Assembly: GCA_046498225.1 (NCBI GenBank)
Contig: JAWOBF010000001.1
Span: 1-24,282 of the forward strand
Direction of reading: 5' to 3'
DNA length: 24,282 nucleotides
Source: Candidatus Aegiribacteria sp.
Lineage (GTDB): Bacteria > Fermentibacterota > Fermentibacteria > Fermentibacterales > JCC-6
The notes under the pieces were generated by a model, which worked only from the letters and a program-made list of their open reading frames with translations, was not told where the DNA came from and did not search any database. Shown one piece after another: positions 17,572 through 24,282 of the stretch. The translations under genes were made by a program, and so were the position numbers. Position 1 is the first letter of the stretch, and each line of letters starts with the position of its first letter.

Positions 17572-18218
17572 GAAAGCTGATTATTGCGGTAATGTCCATA
17601 ATGGTGCTGGCGGCGGCGGGATGTGACAGGAACCCCCTCTATTTCAGAATGTCGGCCGATTACTATCCCATAGACGATATCGGGAGCGAGTGGGTTTACT
17701 CCATCGAAAGCGGCGGTTCCCTGATAGTGACCGTGGTGGACCAGACCGAAAGGGGCGAGAGGGCCTGCTACAGGGTCCTGTCCGGAGCGGATTACACGTA
17801 CTGGATAGCGGGCGACAGCAGGCTGGAATTCTACGAGGACCACCGTGTGATGTTCAACGGGCACGAAGTGCCCCTCTACCAGGCCTGGGTTACCTGGCTC
17901 GACTGGCCGCTTACCACCGGCTACTCGCGCGCCGATTCCGCCTCCACCTTCGCGGTGAGCCAGGGAGTGACCATAAGCCATGACTGGGAAAGAACTTCCG
18001 AGGTCGTAGGTATCGAGACCAGCCCCGACGGTGAATGGGAGCAGTGCTACCATCTCGTTCAGAGCGAGACGACTGTAAACTGGATCAGGACTCCCGGTTT
18101 CGCCCCGGAGACCACCTGGGCCCAGAGGGACATCTGGCTGGCCCCTGAGGTGGGAATGGTAGCCATGACCACGGCGGACAGCACTCTAACTCTGGTCAGT
18201 CATACACCGGGTAACTGA
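17568..18218 (+). CDS. Hypothetical lipoprotein, beta-rich
   Basis: GTG 17568 overlaps the upstream stop (GTGA) with a GGAGG RBS. MRKLIIAVMSIMVLAAAGC lipobox, YYP....G.EW.Y and C-terminal WLAPEVGMV patterns. Confidence 0.75.
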   Translation: MRKLIIAVMSIMVLAAAGCDRNPLYFRMSADYYPIDDIGSEWVYSIESGGSLIVTVVDQTERGERACYRVLSGADYTYWIAGDSRLEFYEDHRVMFNGHEVPLYQAWVTWLDWPLTTGYSRADSASTFAVSQGVTISHDWERTSEVVGIETSPDGEWEQCYHLVQSETTVNWIRTPGFAPETTWAQRDIWLAPEVGMVAMTTADSTLTLVSHTPGN

Positions 18219-18221
18219 GAC

Positions 18222-18460
18222 TTGACATCGGGTCTGATATTCTCGCTCTTCTTCCTGCTGGCGCTGCTCTGCAGGTCCGGCGGCAGCCACTGCTACCTCA
18301 CCTTCGGCCTTCTGACAGGGGCCTGTCTGAGTCGGTGTCCGTTTTGAGAAAGAACGGTTTTGAAGTATCGTTCATGCAGTTCGTCAGGGTGGGCCTGCCC
18401 TTCATTCTGGCGGCTACCGCCGCGGGAGCGGCTTTCATATGGTTTGTATGGGGACCATGA
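18222..18460 (+). pseudogene. Remnant of an ArsB/NhaD (IT-superfamily) permease C-terminus, internally deleted and frameshifted
   Basis: Frame A (18222-18347) ends ...LTFGLLTGACL. Frame B (18335-18460) reads VSVLRKNGFEVSFMQFVRVGLPFILAATAAGAAFIWFVWGP*. Its TGA overlaps the aroB ATG (ATGA). Confidence 0.6.
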
Positions 18461-19533
18461 TCATGGAATTTGAATGGAAGACATCATCCGGCCGCACTGA
18501 GATCGAGTTCTTTCCCCGGGGAGAAACTCCGGACATGCCCGAATTCTTCACCGGGAAATGGAAGAATCCCTTCCTGGTCATGGATAACGCCGTAAGACGT
18601 CTCTGGGACAGCCGCCTGCAGCCGGCCATACTTGCAGCCTCCGGCCTCTACGCCATGGAGGCCGAGGAGGTCCTCAAGAACACATTCACCCTTGCCCAGA
18701 TATGGGAGAGCATGGCCTCCGCCGGGGCAGGCCGCGACACCCCGGTGGTTGTCATAGGCGGAGGGCTGGTATGCGACATGGGGGCCATGGCAGCCTCCAC
18801 CTACATGCGCGGCCTGAGGCTGATGCTGGTCCCCACCACCCTTCTCTGCATGGTGGACGCGTGTCTGGGAGGGAAGACGGGCGTGAACATGTCCGGGGCC
18901 AAGAACCAGGTGGGCACCTTCCATACTGCGGAAAGGATAGTGATTTCCACATCCTTCCTCGATACCCTTCCGGAGAGGGAGTTCAGGAGCGGACTGGCCG
19001 AGGTCATCAAGACCGCCCTGATAGGGGACAGTTCCATTCAGGACCTTCTGCAGGGCATGGAACCCGGGAGCGCCTCCGACCCGGCCACACTGGAGATGGT
19101 CCGAAAATGCCTTCGAGTGAAGGGCGGCGTAGTGAAGGACGACCTGAAGGAGAACGGCGGACGAATGGTGCTGAACCTGGGTCATACCGTGGGGCATGCC
19201 CTGGAGAGCGCCAGCGGGTTCCAGCTCTCCCACGGCGAGGCTGTGGGACTGGGTATGCTCGCGGAGGCCGGGCTGGCGGTTACCCGCGGCGGCAGCAGGA
19301 ACCTGCCGGGGGAGATCCAGCATCTTCTGAAGTCGGTTGGTCTTCCGGTTGGGATCGACGGCGGGACATCCCTGGAGAAGCTGGAGGAATTCTTCAGGAG
19401 GGACAAGAAGACCGGGAGGGAAGGTCGTGTCTGGGCGCTGCCCTTCGACTGGTGCGACTGCAGGCTGGTCCGGCTCACCCCCGAGGAGGAGGAGACCGCG
19501 CTGCCGGGCGTCCTGAACCTCCTCAGAGTGTGA
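18457..19533 (+). CDS. aroB: 3-dehydroquinate synthase
   Basis: E..K, R....V.IGGGLVCDMG, YMRG, PTTLLCMVDACLGGKTGVN, KNQVGTFH, GLAEVIK, LNLGHTVGHALE, HGEAVGLGM, DKK. Start ATG 18457 or 18463. Confidence 0.93.
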   Translation: MIMEFEWKTSSGRTEIEFFPRGETPDMPEFFTGKWKNPFLVMDNAVRRLWDSRLQPAILAASGLYAMEAEEVLKNTFTLAQIWESMASAGAGRDTPVVVIGGGLVCDMGAMAASTYMRGLRLMLVPTTLLCMVDACLGGKTGVNMSGAKNQVGTFHTAERIVISTSFLDTLPEREFRSGLAEVIKTALIGDSSIQDLLQGMEPGSASDPATLEMVRKCLRVKGGVVKDDLKENGGRMVLNLGHTVGHALESASGFQLSHGEAVGLGMLAEAGLAVTRGGSRNLPGEIQHLLKSVGLPVGIDGGTSLEKLEEFFRRDKKTGREGRVWALPFDWCDCRLVRLTPEEEETALPGVLNLLRV

Positions 19534-19540
19534 AGCCCGC

Positions 19541-20251
19541 TTGAAGAGCGTCACCGAGGGAAGCTTCTGGGATCATCTGGAGGAATTCAGGCGAAGGCTG
19601 TTCCTTGTCCTGGGGTCACTTGCCGGTGGTGTGGTGGTGGCTTTCGTCTTCAGCAGACAGCTGATGGAGCTGGTCATCTCCAGAAGCCCCATGCGGCTTC
19701 AGACCCTGGCCCCGGCGGAAGCCTTCTCCTCCCACCTCAACCTTTCGCTGGCCGCCGGCGTACTTGCGGTATCCCCGGTGATATTCTACCAGTTCTGGAA
19801 ATTCGTATCTCCTGGATTGTACAGGGGCGAGAGAAGGAAAGCCGCCCGGGCCGCGCTGGTCTGCGTCATCCTTTTCCTTTCCGGCGCCGCCTTCGCATGG
19901 TTCCTGATGCTGGACCCCGCCATCAGCGTTTTCCGGAGCTTCGAGACGGGGAACATCGACGGGAGCTGGAGCCTGGCCAACTACGTGACTTTCCTGGGCA
20001 GGTTCGTAATGATATTCGGAATCGCGTTTCAGCTTCCCGTACTCATCATCCTTCTTGTAGGCATGGGAGTGGTGACGCCCGCCGGCCTGTCCAGGTACAG
20101 GCGCCACATCATCGTCGGGCTCCTGGTGGCCGCGGCCCTGCTCACGCCTCCGGACCCCCTGACCCAGATAATGCTCACCCTGCCCCTCTATCTCCTGTTC
20201 GAGCTAAGCCTTCTGGCCGCCAGGGCGGGGTACGGAAGGAGGCGGGAATGA
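19541..20251 (+). CDS. tatC: Twin-arginine translocase subunit TatC
   Basis: WDHLEEFRRRL, PAEAF, YQFWKFVSPGLY..E, FGIAFQLP, RRH, AALLTPPDP.TQ, LFE. About six TM segments and a TTG start. Confidence 0.93.
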   Translation: MKSVTEGSFWDHLEEFRRRLFLVLGSLAGGVVVAFVFSRQLMELVISRSPMRLQTLAPAEAFSSHLNLSLAAGVLAVSPVIFYQFWKFVSPGLYRGERRKAARAALVCVILFLSGAAFAWFLMLDPAISVFRSFETGNIDGSWSLANYVTFLGRFVMIFGIAFQLPVLIILLVGMGVVTPAGLSRYRRHIIVGLLVAAALLTPPDPLTQIMLTLPLYLLFELSLLAARAGYGRRRE

Positions 20252-20976
20252 GCGTTTCCGAAAGCCTCCTTCGGGCCTGTCCGGAAGGAGCGGCCACGGT
20301 GGATGTCATAGTGCCGGTCTACAACGAGGAGAGCATTCTCAGGAGCCAGCTTGAACGGGTCCTGCCCCTGCTGCCTGAACATTTCAGCCTGAAGGTGGTG
20401 GAGAACGGCTCCACCGACGGCACGACCGCCATCCTGGAGGAGATGGCGGCGGAGCATTCCGGACTGGATTTCATCTCCCTGCCCCGGCCCAACTACGGCC
20501 TGGCCATGAAGACCGGCCTCTTGAACTCCCGGGCGGACGTAGTGATAGTCGACGACCTGGACGTGCTGGACGTGGATTTCTGGAGAAGGGGGCTGGAGCT
20601 GCTGGGCCGGGGGGATACGGACCTGGTGCAGGGCTCCAAGGTCCTGGCGGGAAAGGAGGACAGGAGACCGCTGCTGAGAAGGGCGGCCACGCTGGCCCTT
20701 ACCTTCCTGCTCAGGACCCTCCTCGGTTACAGGGGGACGGACACCCACGGCCCCAAGGTGTTATGGCGTAAAACTGTGGAGGACATACCGGACCGATGCC
20801 GGCTGGAGCTGGACATCTTTCCCACCGAGCTGGTGATAAGGGCCCAGAGGGCCGGGGTCAGGATAAGGGAGATACCGATACATCTCAAGGAGATACGCGC
20901 CACCCCCCTTCCTCTTTACAGGAGGGTCCCCCGGGCCCTCCGCGATATCTGGCGTCTTCACCGCGCCCTGGAATAG
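20248..20976 (+). CDS. Glycosyltransferase family 2 (DPM/DPG synthase-like)
   Basis: ATG 20248 overlaps the tatC stop. VIVPVYNEE, VVENGSTDGT, NYG.A.KTG, DDLD (DxD), DLVQGSK, TDTHG.K, I.EIPI. Confidence 0.88.
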   Translation: MSVSESLLRACPEGAATVDVIVPVYNEESILRSQLERVLPLLPEHFSLKVVENGSTDGTTAILEEMAAEHSGLDFISLPRPNYGLAMKTGLLNSRADVVIVDDLDVLDVDFWRRGLELLGRGDTDLVQGSKVLAGKEDRRPLLRRAATLALTFLLRTLLGYRGTDTHGPKVLWRKTVEDIPDRCRLELDIFPTELVIRAQRAGVRIREIPIHLKEIRATPLPLYRRVPRALRDIWRLHRALE

Positions 20977-20986
20977 AGAACACCGC

Positions 20987-21015
20987 TTGACCTGTGTACA
21001 TATGTTTACTATCCT
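20987..21015 (+). promoter_or_regulatory. Putative sigma70 promoter with a LexA-like (GAAC-N4-GTTC type) operator in the spacer
   Basis: TTGACC (20987-20992), 17-bp spacer, TATCCT (21010-21015). The spacer contains GTAC-ATAT-GTTT (20996-21007) with palindromic core ACATATGT. Confidence 0.55.
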
Positions 21016-21035
21016 TCCCCGTGAAGGAGGTGGCG

Positions 21036-21290
21036 GTGGTAACCAGGTACGGCGAGCCGGTGGAGATGATAGGCCATTTCAGCCGGGGGAAGGTGCGTCC
21101 CTGCCGGTTCAGATGGAACGGCCATGTATATCACATATCCTCCGTGTCATCCCACTGGGAGACCAGGGAGGGAGCCTACCCCCTCTACCATTACGTTGTC
21201 CGTACCAGGGGTGAGGACGTCTACGAGATCCATCTGGATACCTCCGACCTCTCCTGGACACTGGACTTCCATTATTCGGAAGGGGGCTAG
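21036..21290 (+). CDS. Small DUF6504 / ImuB C-terminal-domain-like protein
   Basis: AAGGAGG RBS (21024-21030) followed by GTG 21036, giving 84 aa. Pattern P.RFRWNG..Y.I......W.........HYVV....D.YEI......W.L. Confidence 0.7.
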   Translation: MVTRYGEPVEMIGHFSRGKVRPCRFRWNGHVYHISSVSSHWETREGAYPLYHYVVRTRGEDVYEIHLDTSDLSWTLDFHYSEGG

Positions 21291-21298
21291 GCCGAACA

Positions 21299-22438
21299 GT
21301 GCGGGTGATATTCCATATAGACATGGACACCTATTTCGTCTCGGTGGAGCGGCTCTCGTTCCCATGGCTGGAGGGCAGGCCGGTCATAGTGGGCGGCAGG
21401 AGCCTCCGGTCCGTGGTGGCGTCCTGCAGCTACGAGGCCAGGGAGCTGGGTGTCAGGTCGGGAATGCCCATGGTCGGCGCCATGCGCCTGGCGCCGGACG
21501 CGGCGGTCATCTCCGGAAGCCATGGAAGCTACGCCTCGTATACCGCGAAGATACTGAAGGTGCTCCTTTCCTATTCCCCCGTGGTGGACCCCGCCAGTAT
21601 CGACGAGGCCTTCATGGACGTCACCGGAGTCCTGCGGGGAGAGACTCCCGCCCGGCTGGCCTCCCGAATACAGCGGGACATCCTGGACACCACCGGCCTG
21701 TGGGCCAGCGTGGGAATAGCCGGCAACAGGTTCCTGGCGAAGATGGCCTCCGGCCGGGCCAAGCCCAGGGGCATAGCCGAACTCGGGCCGGAGGACATAA
21801 CCGATTTTCCCGTGGGATGGATATGGGGAGTGGGTCCCGCCACCCGGAGGAGGTTCCTCAGCCTGGGAATAGAGAGGATATCCCACCTCAGACGGTTCAC
21901 CCGCCGGCAGCTCCGGGCGCTTCTGGGTAAGCACGGCGACAGCCTCTACCTCCTGTGCAGGGGCATCGACGATTCCCCCGTGGTCCCGGGAGACCTCTCC
22001 CCGGGTCCCCTCTCCATAAGCAACGAGCACACCTTCAGCACCGACGTGACGGAGCCGGAGGAGTACCTGCCGGTGCTGGCCATGATGAGCCAGAAGGTTG
22101 CCAGAAGGGCCCGGGACGGGGGGCTGGCCGGAAGCACCGTGACACTGAAGTACAGGCTCAGCAACCTGCAGAGGCGCTCCAGGGCCCGCTCCCTGCCCTG
22201 CCGTACCGACAATGCCAGGGTCATCTACGCCGCCGCCCGGGACCTGGCCCGCACCGCCGTGAGCTCGAGGATAAGGCTCATAGGGGTGTGCCTCAGCTCC
22301 CTCACCGACGGCTCCGGCCGTCAGATGGACATGTTCGGGGAAGCCGGCGGAAGGCTGGACTCGACGGTGGACCTGATACGTCACCGCTACGGCGAGAGGG
22401 CGGTGACGTCCGGAAGGTGCGTGGCCTCGCTCCATTGA
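21299..22438 (+). CDS. dinB: DNA polymerase IV (Y-family), catalytically intact
   Basis: HIDMDTYFVSVE, VVASCSYEAR..GV.SGM, SIDEAFMD, SVGIA.N..LAKMAS...KP.G, HhH IWGVG, little-finger SISNEHTF...RLIGV, QMDMF clamp motif. Confidence 0.93.
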   Translation: MRVIFHIDMDTYFVSVERLSFPWLEGRPVIVGGRSLRSVVASCSYEARELGVRSGMPMVGAMRLAPDAAVISGSHGSYASYTAKILKVLLSYSPVVDPASIDEAFMDVTGVLRGETPARLASRIQRDILDTTGLWASVGIAGNRFLAKMASGRAKPRGIAELGPEDITDFPVGWIWGVGPATRRRFLSLGIERISHLRRFTRRQLRALLGKHGDSLYLLCRGIDDSPVVPGDLSPGPLSISNEHTFSTDVTEPEEYLPVLAMMSQKVARRARDGGLAGSTVTLKYRLSNLQRRSRARSLPCRTDNARVIYAAARDLARTAVSSRIRLIGVCLSSLTDGSGRQMDMFGEAGGRLDSTVDLIRHRYGERAVTSGRCVASLH

Positions 22439-22490
22439 CCGCGTTGCCGGGTCGCGTATTATCGAAAAGGCCGGCTCTCCGAAAGCCGGC
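22435..22490 (+). promoter_or_regulatory. Putative internal promoter plus hairpin upstream of the DUF72 gene
   Basis: TTGACC (22435-22440), 16-bp spacer, TATTAT (22457-22462). Then stem GCCGGCT-N7-AGCCGGC (22470-22490) without a U-tract. Confidence 0.4.
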
Positions 22491-22507
22491 GGGAAGGACC
22501 GGTATTC

Positions 22508-23311
22508 TTGGCCAGGGACAGCGGCAGCCGCGGCACAACGCTTCGCGTGGGAACCTCCGGATACAGTTTCAAAGACTGGGTGGGGCCCTTCTACCCCCCG
22601 GGCACGCCGGAGGGGAAGATGCTGGATTACTACCGGGAATTCTTCTCCACCGTGGAGCTCAACAGCACCTATTACCGGATAATGCACCCGAAGGTATCCC
22701 GGAACATAGTCAGCAGGGTGCCGGATGATTTCCGGTTCATCATCAAGCTGCATTCCAGCATGACCCATTCCAGGGACGCCACGGACCTTCAGTGGAAGAG
22801 CTACCGCGAGATGCTGGAACCGTTCCGGGAAACGGGCAGGCTCTCCGGCCTCCTGGCCCAGTTCCCCTACTCGTTCAAGCCCTCCGGGAAGAGTGTCCGC
22901 TACGTTGAGGAGCTGAACGAAAGAACGGAAGACCTGACCATGGCGGTGGAGTTCCGCTACGATGAATGGTTCCAGGGGGACATCCTTCAGAGGCTTAGCG
23001 ACGGCGGCATGGCCCCGGTATCCGTCGACCTGCCCAGGCTGCCCCATCTGCCCCCTCCGGTACCCGTGGGCGGAAGCCCCTTCGGCTACCTGAGGATGCA
23101 TGGAAGGAACGCCTCGCAGTGGTGGGAGGGGGGTCCTCTCAGGTATGATTACACTTACAGCCGCGGGGAACTGGAGGCGTGGCTTCCGGCTATAGACAGG
23201 CTGGGGAAGGAATCCGGAACGGTATTCATCATGTTCAACAACTGCCATTTCGGCCAGGCCGCGCGGGACGCCGTAAGGATGAAAGAACTATTCACGGGAG
23301 TTGAACAATGA
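22508..23311 (+). CDS. DUF72 (YecE/YunF-like) TIM-barrel protein
   Basis: VGTSGYSFKDWVGPFYP, L.YY...F.TVELNSTYY, F.FIIK, LAQFP.SF, AVEFR...W, SVDLP, YLRMHGRN, YDY.YS..EL, FIMFNNC. Confidence 0.92.
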   Translation: MARDSGSRGTTLRVGTSGYSFKDWVGPFYPPGTPEGKMLDYYREFFSTVELNSTYYRIMHPKVSRNIVSRVPDDFRFIIKLHSSMTHSRDATDLQWKSYREMLEPFRETGRLSGLLAQFPYSFKPSGKSVRYVEELNERTEDLTMAVEFRYDEWFQGDILQRLSDGGMAPVSVDLPRLPHLPPPVPVGGSPFGYLRMHGRNASQWWEGGPLRYDYTYSRGELEAWLPAIDRLGKESGTVFIMFNNCHFGQAARDAVRMKELFTGVEQ

Positions 23312-24282
23312 AAAACATAGTTATCCGCTGCGGGCTCTCCGCGGCCACGGTAATTGTCCTGTCCGCCGGGTGCGGAGTGACCGGCCCCGATTTCTCTCTG
23401 GAATTCCCCTTCTATTTCCTTCAGGATATCTCCACTTCCAGCCTTCCCCTGCACTGCTCCTACCTCAGGTCCGGCGATGACGGGATAGCGGCCACCGGCG
23501 ACAGCCTATACTTCATCAACTACCAGCAGGGCTACTGCGCGGCCAAAGTGGGAGTGCAGGGCTACACCATAGAGGATGTGGGAGCCACCGCGGAGGGAGG
23601 TTACGCCCTGGCGCTGTGCGGCAACCTTCTCTTCTACGTCAGCGACGGGACCTACGTGGTGCACAGCCCGGTGGTGCTGGGTTCCTACGGAAGGTTCATT
23701 CTCACCGATACGCAGGGGGGGGACTGGCACCTCTTCTCTGTTGGAGCGAACGGCACGGTAACCACCATAAACTCCCAGTCATGGGACGTCACCGCCGTGG
23801 ATTCCGTCCCCGGGCTCAGCGATCCGGTGGCGGCGGTGATAACCGCTGACGGCTCGGCTATATTCGTGGCGGACGGAGGCGATGACACCGTGAAGAAGAT
23901 ACCCACCGGGAACCTGGGCAGCGTGTCGGCTGAATGCCAGGTGCCCGGAGGAGTGGCGGACATGTACGCGGGAACCGGAGGACTGGTCTACGTTGCCCCC
24001 GATTCGCTCAGCCAGGTATGGGGTATAGATACGGGAACGGGCCAGCACTACTCCACCTGGGAGATATCCGCCCCGGCCCGCTCCGTGGCCGCAACTCCGG
24101 ACGGCAAATACATCTTCGTGGCTCACCAGAACAGCGGACTCTCGGTTGTCAACGCTCAGAACGAAGAAGTAGAGGCCTCCACCGGGGACTACGGAACCAT
24201 CTTCGACGTGGCGGTGAACGCCAGCGGAAGCAGGGCCATCGTCTGTTCGAACCTCGACAAGATCATCTCCCTTGAGAAGTAG
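23308..24282 (+). CDS. Lipoprotein with YncE/YVTN-like beta-propeller
   Basis: Lipobox VLSAGC and repeated blades (ITADGSAIFVAD...DTV, ATPDGKYIFVA...LSVVN, VNASGSRAIV). ATG overlaps the DUF72 stop and the TAG ends at 24282. Confidence 0.75.
   Translation: MKNIVIRCGLSAATVIVLSAGCGVTGPDFSLEFPFYFLQDISTSSLPLHCSYLRSGDDGIAATGDSLYFINYQQGYCAAKVGVQGYTIEDVGATAEGGYALALCGNLLFYVSDGTYVVHSPVVLGSYGRFILTDTQGGDWHLFSVGANGTVTTINSQSWDVTAVDSVPGLSDPVAAVITADGSAIFVADGGDDTVKKIPTGNLGSVSAECQVPGGVADMYAGTGGLVYVAPDSLSQVWGIDTGTGQHYSTWEISAPARSVAATPDGKYIFVAHQNSGLSVVNAQNEEVEASTGDYGTIFDVAVNASGSRAIVCSNLDKIISLEK

Noticed and set aside
19897..20247. Long N-terminal extensions in ORF-track calls (GT2 from 19897, lipoprotein from 17367, gpsA from 12883, reductase from 3095, ppdK from 4401)
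   Set aside because: Most overlap upstream genes and none show homologous content. Downstream starts with an RBS or stop/start overlap fit better.
22470..22490. Intrinsic terminator after dinB
   Set aside because: No U-rich tail on the plus strand, so it is kept only as an unspecified hairpin.
21287..23248. 653-aa minus-strand ORF, and similar long antisense ORFs (1692-3053, 6048-7091, 11727-12842, 18484-19554)
   Set aside because: They mirror well-supported genes on the opposite strand, have no recognisable motifs, and are expected shadows of high-GC codon bias.

Overview
A GC-rich, gene-dense chromosomal window from a diderm, probably anaerobic bacterium (LpxL-type acyltransferase, beta-barrel and lipoprotein genes, Desulfovibrio-type bacterioferritin, PPDK, DUF362 Fe-S proteins). 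I see no rRNA, tRNA, CRISPR array, integrase or transposase. The left part (minus strand) holds a CotH-kinase-family gene running off the left edge (absent from the ORF track), a NOX/ferric-reductase-type flavocytochrome b and a secreted haem-type DOMON protein. The DOMON gene is divergent from a bacterioferritin across an AT-rich spacer containing a Fur-like box. The rest is plus strand: ppdK, a pseudoREC-GAF-PAS-GAF-GGDEF cyclase, DUF362-ferredoxin, lpxL-like, DUF362, a gpsA variant, a catalytically degenerate NifS/IscS homologue with a probable CTG start, a GHL10 hydrolase, a YycJ-like MBL hydrolase, an OM barrel, a lipoprotein, an ArsB/NhaD-type permease remnant, aroB, tatC and a GT2. These are followed by a probable SOS cassette (LexA-like box, stand-alone ImuB-C/DUF6504-like small gene, dinB with clamp and RecA-NT-like tail motifs, then DUF72) and a beta-propeller lipoprotein. 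The best candidates for undescribed systems are the DOMON + NOX-like + Bfr iron-redox module, the ImuB-C-like + DinB two-gene mutasome and the dead NifS-like pseudoenzyme. All family assignments come from motif recognition by eye, not database searches.
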